DNA of 64,000 nucleotides. Origin: Ostrea edulis. Lineage: Eukaryota. The stretch covers positions 69,626,001 through 69,690,000 of the forward strand of contig NC_079166.1 of the NCBI RefSeq assembly GCF_947568905.1. The letters run 5' to 3'. How positions within the stretch are numbered: the first letter of the stretch is position 1; every line of letters begins with the position of its first letter. Shown piece by piece: positions 51,989-64,000 of the stretch. The notes under the pieces are model-generated. The model had not been told where the DNA came from. It did no database searches and saw nothing but the letters and a program-made list of their open reading frames with translations. The translations under genes were made by a program, and so were the position numbers.

Positions 51989-52631
51989 GATTGGTACCTT
52001 ATAAGTTTTACATTTAAAGGAGAAGGAATGCAATGTTCCGAATTTCGCACAATTTGGTTTTGTATTTTAGCATATATAATTTGGTAAAAATTAGTTTGTA
52101 ACCGCGTGGAGCTGTGTTATAACTCTGATTTATTCGAGTGAATATACAACAACCTCCATCTAACGAAAAATAATAAATTAATTCCTTAAAACGCGGACAT
52201 TCGGTCGATTGCATGATCAGTGAACGTGTCCTTGAGTGCGTTCAAGGTCGCCGTTCCCGTTGTTCTCATGCTCCGTTCTTAGAGTCGCAAACGACGAGAA
52301 CATGTGCGCAGGAACGTGTTCTTCCTTTTTCGACCACACTACATACAGAGGTGGTGTGAGTTCTTGCACCTCGAACCCGTTCACGGGTTGCGTACTCGGC
52401 GTTCGGGATCGACAGGAATTTGTACTCGTACACAGAACGGCGATGTCGAACGCACTCCAGGTTTCTTCATTTATAAAACGTACTAAATTCACCACTTTTT
52501 TGGAAGACGAAATATCTGGTTCAGTAATTTCGTAATATAATTTTCTGAACAAATTACATGATTCGTGTTTAATAGGTCACAAATAGTTATCACAAAAAGT
52601 TTGATGCAATTCTATTTACTACTAAGAGAGA

Positions 52632-52950
52632 TATGAAAGGTGGATATTACGAACAGTGATCAATCTCATAACTCCTATAATCAATACAAAATGGATAGTC
52701 GGGAAAACACGGACCCCTGGGCACACCAGAGATGGGATCAGGTGCCTAGGAGGAGTAAGCATTCCCTGTCGACCGGACACACTAGCCTTGAGCCCTATAT
52801 TTGACCAGGTAAACGGAATTATCCTTAGTCTAAATCAATGTACCAAGAACGGCCAAACAATCGTTATGAAACACGTCAAACAGTATTTGACCCAATGATC
52901 AATTGTATTGATGAACGAGATCGTTAGAACGACCATATAATTTGCGAAAT
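52632..52950 (-). mobile_element. Penelope-like family 3' fragment
   Basis: Shared tail aaaggtggatattacgaacagtgatcaatctcataactcc...ggacccctgggcacacc. Confidence 0.6.
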
Positions 52951-52990
52951 GGTGATTTCAATCCGTACTACATTTACCGCCTGCCCCTTT

Positions 52991-53955
52991 CACTGTCTAG
53001 TTATTTTACAAGATGGGGCAAAATGAATGATAATAAAGTACTCACGGATCTGAATTGTTATGACAATGTTATTGAACATATTTAATGTCACATGTACTTT
53101 TCATTTTCGGCTAATCTTTTCAGACGTGTTTACATTCAAGATGTTACTCTTGTAAAAACGATCACTGAGTAAATCCACCGATAAACCATCATTAGAAGCT
53201 ACCCATCAAGAGTATAACGATCTCCGACAAACACTCAAGTATCAAATGAAAAAGATTATCTGATTCGAAAACTTAAATGAGCTCAAAATTGCCAAAAGAA
53301 CAAACTACCACTCACGAATTTCTACTTTCACCTAGCAAAAGTTATGTAACTTGTCTTGATCATGAATATACTTGGAATAGGCATTGCAGTCAAGAGTCGA
53401 GGTGATCTAGATTTCGGAAAAACTTGCATATTTCATATTAGTGCAAATTTTAAAATCAATAAATTTTCTTCAATGAAATAAGACATCTCTAATTTTTGAT
53501 ATGTAATTCTAGTATATACGATATGCATTCATCAATGTAAGAATAACCCACCAGTAGTTGTATTTCTGCACAAAACTGAAACAATTTTCTCTCATTTTCA
53601 GTGGAATTGTTTGGAGGCATTTGAAGGCATATATTTCGTGTTAAAGCATTCCAGCAAATTACTTTTATTTTTAAAAAAATATACATCATAGCTTAGTTAA
53701 TTAGTAATGGGAAGTTAAATGAAAAAATGAATAAACACATCTTTAGAAGAAAAAAATCAACATTTACTGAGCTCACCTCTTTGCACAAGATCGGATGTCT
53801 TGTTCGTATGGAAACACAAGTCAAAGCACATTTTTAAAGGTGTCATGATTAAAAGACTAAAATATTTATACAGATGTACTTGGTATAAAAAGTCATCAAA
53901 AGTGTTGTCAGTCGTTTTCCACACGTCTTGATGTTTACAGAGAATGGCTCTTAAT
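52991..53955 (+). repeat. Left member of a ~0.9-kb diverged inverted repeat pair
   Basis: Colinear blocks with the reverse complement of 57088-57962, e.g. ccactgaaaatgagagaaaattgtttca, ttccaagtatattcatgatcaagacaagttac and atcggatgtcttgtt. Confidence 0.75.
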
Positions 53956-54024
53956 AGCCAAATTTTTCATTAAGAATCTTTTTTTATTGACAGTGAACAT
54001 TCTTAAGTAACCCCGACACCAGAA

Positions 54025-54270
54025 ATGGATCCGTTGGGCAGAGCTCAGGTTATTCTACTGTGTGACTCCTGTAAAACAGCCCATCTAGAGAGTCACTGTG
54101 AACGTTGTCATAAAAACCTATGCAAAGCCTGTGTTTATGACCACCTCTCGGATTCGTCTATAAGACACAACGTCGTGCTCTATAAATACAGAAAATCTCT
54201 TACATGTAACTACTGAAACTTTTCACACCATGTCGATAAATACATTACTGTGAGAAATGTAATGGAATAT
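54025..54270 (+). pseudogene. Truncated B-box (TRIM-like) gene start
   Basis: MDP..AQ...CDSC......HCERCHKNLCKACVYDHL....HNVV; stop at 54214-54216 before a degenerate second B-box (cactgtgagaaatgt). Confidence 0.7.
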
Positions 54271-54462
54271 CTAATTTAGCTTTTTTCTCCATCATCACAT
54301 CTCAACTACTGCTTTCTAGTTAAGTAAAACAGAAATTAGAAGAAATGCAAAATCTAACCATACTTCTAGGTATATTGTGAAATGCTTTGTTTAATCTCTT
54401 CGCGAATATAAACTAAATGTTCACCACGTAATTCTATGCTTTCTATATGTGATTAATTTCAG

Positions 54463-54678
54463 ATGATGTGGACATCATTTGCGCAGCCAACGACTCTGTG
54501 TGCAAAGACATTTTGAAAAACTTTTTGACATCGTTCCAAAAAGATGAGCTGCTTCAAAATATACAGAAAAACAATGATGAAGAAATAGTTTTATTAAAAT
54601 CCTCAATATTCGTATTCCTCGACGGTCCAGCAATTGATGAGGGTATTAACACTACACTACACAACGTCAATCCAGATG
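54463..54678 (+). other. Candidate isolated coding exon (216 nt, phase 1-1)
   Basis: ttaatttcag acceptor, open frame DDVDIICAAND...HNVNPD, gtaagg donor; product not recognised. Confidence 0.4.
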
Positions 54679-57087
54679 GTAAGGATTTACCTGGATACAT
54701 GTACAAAATAAACGATTTTCATCTTTTAAATATTTTTTTTATACTAAATGTCTAATCTGTTTACGAGAATTAGGTTTAATCACAATCTTAGATCAGTTTT
54801 TGTTTGATTTAAAAAAGAGCAAGGGGCAATACGCTACAACATGTGTCCCACATATTTTTTTATATTCCAAACAAATCTAATGTTTAGAAGTTTAATATTG
54901 CATTGAAATACACGTTTTTGTCTTCTCAATAGTGATCTAATTAATCTTATTTTTACATTGGTAACCAAGGTATCCCAGATTAAATTAGTCATATTTTTCC
55001 GGAAACCATGTTTTCCCATCAAAACAATATTTTCATGATGAAATTTAGATATATCCGCAGCAAAACAACGGAATAAAATTTAATGAGAAGAACAAAAGTT
55101 AATGTATAAATCTCCAATAAAATATATTTCCCTTATTTTCATGCAAACATCACAACATTTTAAAAAGTTGTCGTTTTTTAACACGCGAATTTCCCGGGTC
55201 GGATTTTTCTTTTATAAAACAACACAAGTTCTAAGCAGACATCAAGTGTAAACAAAGAATGCGACACCAGCAATGACAACGGGATCGAAGGAAATTAACG
55301 ACTAAAATCCAATACAGAGAAACTGATAAGAATACTGAGAAGTTTTAGTATATAAAAATTTAGCAATATATATGCAAAATACACGATACTGTATGCAGAA
55401 ACGAGAGGTGTAGATAGCTGACAGCCATCCGCCAAGGTTCTACATAGGCCAAGTACTTACGACACGGTATGTTTCACAATGTTATGGTACATTCCCATAG
55501 AAAGCCTTTTTAAAAGGAACGATAGATGGATAATATTTATTTGTAAGTTTTGGTTTTTGTGAAAGTGTGATATATTACTGTGATGAACTGTATGTCCATC
55601 GTCTACAGCTTGGCCGCCCTAATACATGTATTCGATCGTATGTTGTCAAAGTGAATATGACTAAGAAATGTAGAGGTGCGTAAAGAATACATACATTGGT
55701 ATAACCAACGAAAGAAGATAGCCCTAGATCCGGTGTAGTCTCAACATTGCTGAGAACGACAGCTGAACTAAACTCGACATTATCAGTGCAATATATTGGT
55801 GTGCTATTTTTTAATAACTTGCCCTTTATTTTTTTCGTGTAGGTGTGAAGTGAATTCGTCCCCTACCCAAATGACTCCCTTTCGAAATTTTAAATATACT
55901 TGGCCGAGCCAAAGTATTGCAATTAATTACAAAGTGATTAATATTATTATTATTTTAGTTTATTGATTTTAAACCCTGTTTTCCCTCAACTAATGTAGAA
56001 GTTGTAAAAAAACAAACCCATGAAAAAACACAGTACAATCAGTTATAGATACATGTGTATTTGAATAAAAAAAACCCAATAATAATTAAAACATAAATAT
56101 TAAGTTTATAATTCATATTCTTGTTTTCATTCAAATGTTATAGATGACTCAACTTTATGTTTTGTATACTATATATTTTAAAGGAATTAAAAAAATAATA
56201 ATCTAGAACTCATTTGTGCTGGGAGTTAATTATTTTGAGATCTAAAACATTTGTATTTGAGTCATTGACAGTTCATCTTTGATTAACAACTGTAGATATA
56301 TGACTATTGAAACTCAAACTTGTAGTCTTTATTTCTTGTATACACTGTATGATCCTTTTTAAGGGTAGAATGAAAACTAGAGTATGCACTTAGTTTAGTG
56401 TACAATCCATTATTGATGTTCAGAAAAGAGTTAACACAAATTACACATAATGCTGTTGTTTATAGTTTTTATACAATATCCTTAGATAATTTAATCATGA
56501 TTTAGAAAGAGATGTCTTTTAGGAAATTAATTATATAGAAAAAGAAGTTCACTCATTTATGGCACAACATTGTTTGTTATGCCCCTGTAATGAGAGATTT
56601 GGCAGTATATATATAGTTTTAAGCTTGTCTGTCTATCTGCATAAACTTTACTTTGGCTATAACATTTTAAATGGTTAGTACTACTAGGGATTTATGTTTA
56701 ACGTGTGTTCTTTGTGACAAGACCCTCTTCAGTACCAACATTTTATTTTCATGATTTTGACCTTTTTTGTTTGAACTACATTTGAAGACCACAAAAGCAA
56801 GATGGTGACATCAGTGTTTCACAAACAGGGTATTCCTTGAATGCCAAAAATTCTACACCCCCCCCAAAAAAAACATAAGGGGTGTTGTGTTAATTGATGG
56901 CCTCTCAAAAGAATGTATAGTAAATCATAGTTTAATAAATGATATGAAATTAAATCAGCAACTTGTTTTGCGTAAAGATTTTTTAAAATTATTTTAATGA
57001 AAATATATTTTAAAAAATTCCTTTCAATGGTTATTTGAAAAGATTAAAATCAAGAAATAATATGATGAAATGAAATGAAATGTTAAT

Positions 57088-57962
57088 TATTTTAAGAGTC
57101 ATTCTCTGTAAGCATCAAAACATGTGGAAAACGACCGAAACGGATTTTGACGAAATTTTACTTAAAGTATACGTACTTCAATCCTTTAATCATTACACCT
57201 TTAAAAATGGGCTTTGACTCGTGTTTCCATGGCAACAAGACATCCGATTTTGTGCAAAGACGTGAGCCTCAGTAAATATTGAATGCTCCTTTATAAAAAT
57301 GTGTATATATATTTTTTTGATTTAATTGCCATTGCAATTTAATTAAGCTAAGTTGTGTGTAATTTTTAAAAATAAAATTGATTTGCTGCAACACCTTAAC
57401 ATGAAATATATTCCCTCAAATACCCCCAAAATCCCACTGAAAATGAGAGAAAATTGTTTCAATTTTGTGCAGAAACACAACCACTGTTGGATTGTTCTTA
57501 CATTGATAAATGTGTATTGTATCAAAAAATTAGAGATGTCATATTCCATTTAAGAAAATAAATTGATTTTAAAATTTGCACATTCCAAGTATATTCATGA
57601 TCAAGACAAGTTACCTCCCCTTTCTGAAGTGAAAGTAGAAATTCTTGAGTGGTGATTTTGGATATTTTGAGCTGGTTTAAGTCTTTAAATCAACTAGACG
57701 TTTTCATGTGATACTTAAGTGTTTGTCGGAGACCGTTATACTATCGATGGGTAGCTTTCAATGATGATCTATCAGTGGATTTACGCTGCGATCATGATTA
57801 CGACAGGGAGAACTTGTGTGCAAAAACTTCTGAGAAGATTAGCCGAAAAAGAAACGCACAGTAGGCATTAAATGTGTCCAATGCTGTTATCATAACAATT
57901 CAGATCCGTAAGTACTTTACTATCATTCATTTTGCCGCAGTTTGTAAAATAACTAAACAGTA
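57088..57962 (-). repeat. Right member of the ~0.9-kb inverted repeat pair
   Basis: See 52991-53955. Confidence 0.75.
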
Positions 57963-60689
57963 AACAAATATATACATCTATCCAAATATATGCAATTCAC
58001 CGTTGAATATAAACTTCAAGCAAAATCTTGTACATGAGAAATGCCTGTGTCGATAGTTGTTTGTGAATAAGATTGATCACAATAACTTTAACGTTTGCAA
58101 ATATTCATAAATCTGTCAATTCAATTTCATTTTGAAGTTTGCATTTGCTCAATTCTGATGTTATTTAACCATATGACAACGCAGTTGTGGGTAATTAAAA
58201 ATTAAATGGATCCAACATGGCTGTAACTTGTTTAAAGATTGTTCAGCTGGAATGTGTCCACTGAGAAATTACAGAGGCTGAAGCTGTTGGAGAATATTTG
58301 ATGACCAGTTTTTGAATTTCTCATCCCATTTCATGGAAGGAACGAACTGTACTTAACTGAGCAATGCAACTGTACATGTCCATAGTTGACAGAAAAATAC
58401 TGATATACATGCAAAAACAAATATTATAGTGTGTTAGTCATTGTTTACAAACTAATTTTTAGATAAAGCTTGAATATATAATTGAAGATTGTTTAATTCA
58501 TTTTCTTCACAGTCTACAATTTAAAATGTACAATTTTTAATCTAATAGAAACCAATCAGATAAGTCTGACAGAAACAGGACAACTTTAAATTCATATTCT
58601 TAATATAACCAAGATGGACACAAAATTTGCTTTTAAAAACAAAATAACACCAACACCCTGAGTTGAAAGTAGGGCAGTATTGTTTGTAATGCATGCATCT
58701 TATAAGTCATTCATCCACAAGTATGACACATAAACCCATATAATAATTTTGATACAAAATCTAAACCTGTTTTTGACAACAGCAATTCCCCACCCCTGTA
58801 AATTGTGTTGTTATAAGCAATGGATGTGTTGGGAATTTTAATGGGCATTGATTTTGCATTCCAAATCTTTTTTAATGCTGTCATCACAGAATCTGATATT
58901 CATGGAAATGAATGAAATTATTTGCTACAAAGTAATTAGAAAAGTGCACTTATGTACTTGTGGAGAAAGTACTGATCAAAGCCAAAAGACCATCTATATT
59001 CAGGTTTTTTCTCTCTCACTAAAGTTGGATTAATCGAGAAAGAAAGAAATGAAATGAAAGGATGGTGTAAGTAGATTATGACCTAAGTAACATCATCTTC
59101 CTGGTACCTTGTAGCTTTCGTTGACACTCAAAATAATTTAGAAACCTTTAGTACATATGTATGTGAGTAGGTGATAAAAATCAGTGTCAAGAAAATGTTG
59201 GGAAAAGAATGCATACCCAATCATTAATATACTACTGTTACATGTAGCTGCTACAGTTTCTATTAATGTTTCCATGGAGACAAAACAGTCAGATTACCAA
59301 CATTTTCATAACAGGACTTTTGGACTAGCTATCTCTGGTCAAAACTGACTCAACTTGATATAAGTAGATAAATTACTTGTTTAAAATGTAGATGAAAAGA
59401 AATCTAAATAGACAACATAATGTTTCCATGGAAGCAGGTTTCTATTGCAACTAAACTACGAATTGAATTCTTTCTTAATTAGTATATTTTAATCAGGCTA
59501 TTCGTACAAAGATATTATAGAGTAAATGTACTGAAATACATTAAATTGTTTTCAATGATAATGGTTGCTGGCCCTATCGTTTCTATAGTAACACATTTTT
59601 CTTTATATTTTCCCCTTCGTAATAATTAAAATCAAATGATTAAACAGAGTCATATAATGTTTTTACAGGAAATACCTGGATATTAGAATGAAGTTTATCA
59701 GTGATTGTGCCATTTTTTGATTGATTGCTCTTTAACTTATAGCATTATAGGTACTACTTCATAGATATGAAAGAACGTTCCTAAATCTTCTTAAAAGAGC
59801 TTAAATTGAACGTTTGATTTGGTGGCATGTTGGTAACATTATTTAACATGTGATTTTTATTGATGAAGGCATTCTATCGGCTTTTTGAATGAACAAATGA
59901 ATAAAAGTTTAATGGAGATCTTTTGAGTTACGTACATCTTTTGTGTGCAAATCGGAAAGTAAATTCTACTGCGCTAAGTTAAGGGTATGTTCTGACCCAT
60001 AACAGAATTGAGGGCTCGTCCGGGACAAGAAACAAAAAAATACATCGCATTTTGTTTTTCAAAATTTCAATTTCATTTCTTCTGAAGCAATTGATTAAGG
60101 AATATCATGATAAGTATGATGTAATGATTCTTTCATATGACATTAACAAACTTATGATGTATATATCTGATCAACAAGTACACAAACTTTAACACTATAA
60201 TAAAGGTAGCCTGTCAGTCAAGTATAGAAACGATGTGAAGCAGGTGCGGCTAAAATCATTCCTGCAAACACCAGGCATACAAACCGTCAAATAAAATCAA
60301 TATAGTTTTATTTGTGTACCGAACAATACCACTTTAACAATGTTTTATCTCCCCTAGTCGATATCAATACATATAGTAACTACATGTCGTAACTCAATAC
60401 AGTAACTGACTTTGCATTTTCAAGTCGTGAAATAAAAACTATTGTTCTATATAGTACTTAGTTGATAACATTTATTAATCAATCAAGTTAAACTATTCTT
60501 GAGAAGTTTTTATTTATCATACTTATTATAAATATACGTAAACTACCTCCCAAGTCTTTAGATATTTTTTTTTCTGTACTTTAACAATATCTTATTATGC
60601 AACACATAGTGATTAGACAAAAGGCTGAGGATGTATATGACTTCTTCTTTAAAATGCAAAACAGATCCACATAAGGGTATATGATACAA

Positions 60690-61512
60690 AGTGAAGATAG
60701 CTAACAATGTCTCTAAATTTGTATAAGCAATATAAAATAGAGAGTTGGACAAATACGGACCCCTGGACACATCCGATGTGGGAGCATTTTAAAAGTAAAT
60801 TAATCAAAAGAAAACAAAGACGGGAAGGGTGGGACAAACTAAGAAAAACATACACGTCAGTATCGATTCAACCGCAGTGTGACACTTCGCAACAGATTTC
60901 GACATATCAATACAAAGAAAACGTAACGAGAACACAAACAACTAAACAACAAAATCATTATTTCACATCATAGAAATTCTAGTCGTGACATAAAAACCTG
61001 AACGACAAAGGATCTGGTGTTGTATTTTCATTATACTGCTTATACACTGTGTATTGATTCTAATATATCTCTTTTATAGTAAACTAATATTAGTGATAAT
61101 GAAATATAGCATTTTAAGTAAAACATCACAAAGAACTCAAATTGTGACTGAATGGACACAACGACAAATTTCAGTTAGGCAACATACTTCTCACAGCTAA
61201 GCATTCTATAGTTAGACATTTAATTCAAGTGTGTCACATTGTTAATTAAGATAATCATCGAAGGAAAATCCATGTCAAGGTGATTTCAAATATTCAAAGT
61301 TAACGGTTATTTGTAATCTGCATAATTTGAAAGGTGTAAATAGGCAAACATTTTCAGAAATAGTGATGTCTACTATACAGCATGAATCAAGGTAAGCAGA
61401 CTACTCAAAGTTAGGCATTTGGGTATCACTCTGAGTTAGGCATTTATGTATTACTCCGAGGTAAGTTTTTAAATTACACAAAACATTACCATGTAGATAG
61501 TGTTTAGCTACA
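60690..61512 (+). repeat. Copy A of a diverged ~0.8-kb direct duplication
   Basis: Colinear with 62430-63250 (agaaattctagtcgtga, ggatctggtgttgtattttcat, gcagactactcaaagttaggcatttgggta). Confidence 0.8.
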
Positions 61513-62429
61513 TGTAAAATATTCTAGAAGAAAAGGTCTTTGCTTCCAGGAAATCTGTTTTGTTTTGATGAATTAAAAAGATAGTCCTGAAAGTAGCACT
61601 TCTTCAATTAGAAAGGTACCCCTGCACTTGAGGTTAAACATAACGGATAAACTTAACTAAAATGAAGGTTTGTCTGGCTATACAGTTACACAGGTCCGTC
61701 AAATCTGATGATTGAAACATATTTAAGATAGAGGGAGGGGGATTCCAAGGTTGGTTTCTATTATGAAGAGTTATACTGAAGTTCGTCCTGATTTTAGACA
61801 GATTGCTAGCTTAATCCATTTTCTGTTTGATTAAAATATATGTGCTATGCATATACATTACCCACCATGAATAAGCATACCCATAAGCGTTTTACACATT
61901 TTGGCAAGAAATATATTCAATACAAGGAAGAAGAACTGGATTCACTTTGTATAACTTTCAATTCATAACAGCGAAATAATCAGTTAACGGTACAGCTTCA
62001 GTCTGTTAAATTGTGATATTGATCTATTTCAGGTAAAAAAAAAATCGAAGAATCTAAAATGTAACATCAATACGGATGAATCATACGGTGCATATGCGGT
62101 ATTCTTGTTGACAACGCCGTTATCTGATGAATATGAATGAATCGAGGATTGTACCTTATCAGCAATTGGGAATTATCGTCACGTATATAGCACACAAAGA
62201 TATTGAAAAGACTTTAGAAACTGTTTACAATCATCCATACTTAATTTTGATAATAAAAACAATTAAAAGTTCTTGAATTTCTGCTTGCAAATTTTCGCCG
62301 CTAGGATTCCGTGTGTATACAAGAACGCCCAACTACAGCCACATAATAAGACAGTAACTATAAATACCCATCGTCTAAAATGTGAAGATAACGAACAAAG
62401 ATCAATTTCATAATGAAAGGAAAAGATAA

Positions 62430-63250
62430 CGAACAATATCTTATCATTCGTATAAGCAACACAAAAAAAGAGAGTTGGGCAAACACGGACCCCTGGACAC
62501 CTCAGAAGTGGAATCATTTTAAAGTAATCTAATTAAAAGAAAACAAAGATGGGGAAAAGTGAGGAAAGGGTAGGACAAACTAAGAAAACTGTACATGGCG
62601 GTTCCGATTCAACCCCCAGGGTGACAAATGAAATGTCACAAGAGCAAGGGAAACAAATAACTACACAACAAAATCATTATTTCGCATCACAGAAATTCTA
62701 GTCGTGAGATAAAAAATTGAAAGCTAAAGGATCTGGTGTTGTATTTTCATCATACTGTTTATAAATTGTGTATTGGTTCTAATATATCTCTTTCATAGTA
62801 AATTCATAATAATGATAGTGAAATATTGAATTTTAAACAAAACGTTAGATGGAAAGTCAAATTGTGACAAAAGGAACCCAACGACAAATTTCAACTAGGC
62901 AAAATACTTCACACAGCTAAGCATTTTATAGTTAGGCATTTGATTCAAGTTCATCTAATGTATCATATTGTTATCAAACATAATTATCGAAGGAAAATCC
63001 AAGTTAAAGTGCTTTCAAATAATCAACGTAAACAGTTATTTGATTATGTAATCTGTAGGATTTGAAAGGTGTAAACAGGTAAACATTTTCAAAAATAGTG
63101 ACGCCTACTATATAGCATGTATCAAGGTATGCAGACTACTCAAAGTTAGGCATTTGGGTAACACTCTGAGCTAGGCATTTATGTATTACTCCGAGATTAG
63201 GCTTTTAAATTACACAAAACGTCACTATGTAGATAGTATTTTAGCTACAG
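62430..63250 (+). repeat. Copy B of the diverged ~0.8-kb direct duplication
   Basis: See 60690-61512; both copies begin with a Penelope-like tail fragment. Confidence 0.8.
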
Positions 63251-64000
63251 TACACGACACGAGTTTTATACACCCCACCGTGGAATGACCACGGTGGAAA
63301 ATCCACGGAGATACACCGTGTCCTCCGTGTTCCATGGTGTGTGTTATTTGCGAATAGACACAGCTGCTAAGAGCTTTGTTCTGGCCACGGGCGCCTTGCG
63401 GGAGATGGGAAAATGTGCCGCAGGCCATATAATCAAGATAAGGATGGAATTTTAATAAAAGAAAAAAATGTCAATATTTTCCCTCCTGATACTGATATTG
63501 TTTTTCAGCATTTTGAGCCAATTCCAACGATACCAAACACTATATATTATGTTTTTAAGAAAACCTGGTTTTGAAATTTTTTTCTTTAATAGTCTTCTTT
63601 CTTCATTAAAATATTCTTAAATTCTATGTTTAAATAATGCGTACTTGCAAGCAATTCCTGTTTTGAATGCGAATTAGTATATTCAGTAAATGAAAAACAT
63701 ACATGTACAACATGTGATAGGGATGTTTAATAATTACAGATGTGCTCTCTCTCTCTCTCTCTCTCTCTGACAAATGCGCTGTTTAACATAATTACTTCCA
63801 TCATATTGTGCTAATATGCATCTTGACAAATATAACTTGATCCAATATAGAAATTAGCATTGTCGATTATTAACAATTTGGAATTAATTTATTACGTAAT
63901 TAATAGAAGCAAAAATACAAACCATCGAATGATTTATTTTTAAAATCCCGAGTTAATTACATTTGACCGAGACTTATATTCGATGTACTTTGGTAGAGAT

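Larger units (their letters stand above)
51570..52013 (+). mobile_element. Head-to-tail retrozyme pair with a 350-bp period
   Basis: Hammerheads at 51586-51638 and 51936-51988 are exactly 350 bp apart. Confidence 0.85.
38207..52151 (+). mobile_element. Old degenerate Ty3/Gypsy LTR retrotransposon (outer element)
   Basis: LTRs 38207-38328 and 52029-52151 (TG...CA); 5-bp TSD ACCTC at 38202-38206 and 52152-52156; PBS tggcgaagagg 38333-38343; PPT aaaggagaaggaa 52016-52028. Confidence 0.92.

Noticed and set aside
52217-52552. 111-aa ORF with faint resemblance to a Crypton/DUF3504 N-terminus
   Set aside because: Too weak to call by eye, with no tyrosine-recombinase catalytic motifs; needs HHpred
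63275-63297. Perfect 9-bp GC-rich hairpin as a Helitron 3' end or terminator
   Set aside because: Not followed by CTRR or a U-tract; isolated

Overview
AT-rich eukaryotic genomic DNA, most likely from a bivalve mollusc such as an oyster (inferred from the repeat families, the intronless GPCR family and a B-box gene). The main feature is a complete 20,463-bp Maverick/Polinton (adintovirus-like endogenous virus) at 6593-27055. It has AGTAGT...ACTACT termini, ~350-360-bp terminal inverted repeats and a perfect 6-bp target-site duplication (ATGGCT). Its core genes are open: pPolB, rve integrase with chromodomain, packaging ATPase, adenain-like protease, major and minor capsid proteins, and basic core proteins. 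Its left third is an accessory island encoding an apparently catalytically dead CRESS-type Rep (HUH) domain, four tandem Bcl-2-like paralogs, an ICP34.5/GADD34-like PP1 adaptor, a PPxY/RING protein, a macrodomain and a double zinc-knuckle protein; a BIR-RING IAP lies next to polB. The virus sits in a Helentron/satellite-like repeat between two paralogous class A GPCR genes. The right half is a nested stack: a foldback element split by an old Ty3/Gypsy (38207-52151), which is split by a young Ty3/Gypsy (41832-50569) carrying an extra SGNH-hydrolase ORF and a duplicated PPT/LTR-start. A ~350-bp repeat family contains a minimal type I hammerhead ribozyme (four copies; one head-to-tail pair predicts a 350-nt retrozyme circRNA). 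SINEs, Penelope-like fragments, a Merlin-type transposase relic and a truncated B-box gene are also present. All homology calls come from motif recognition by eye; no searches were run.
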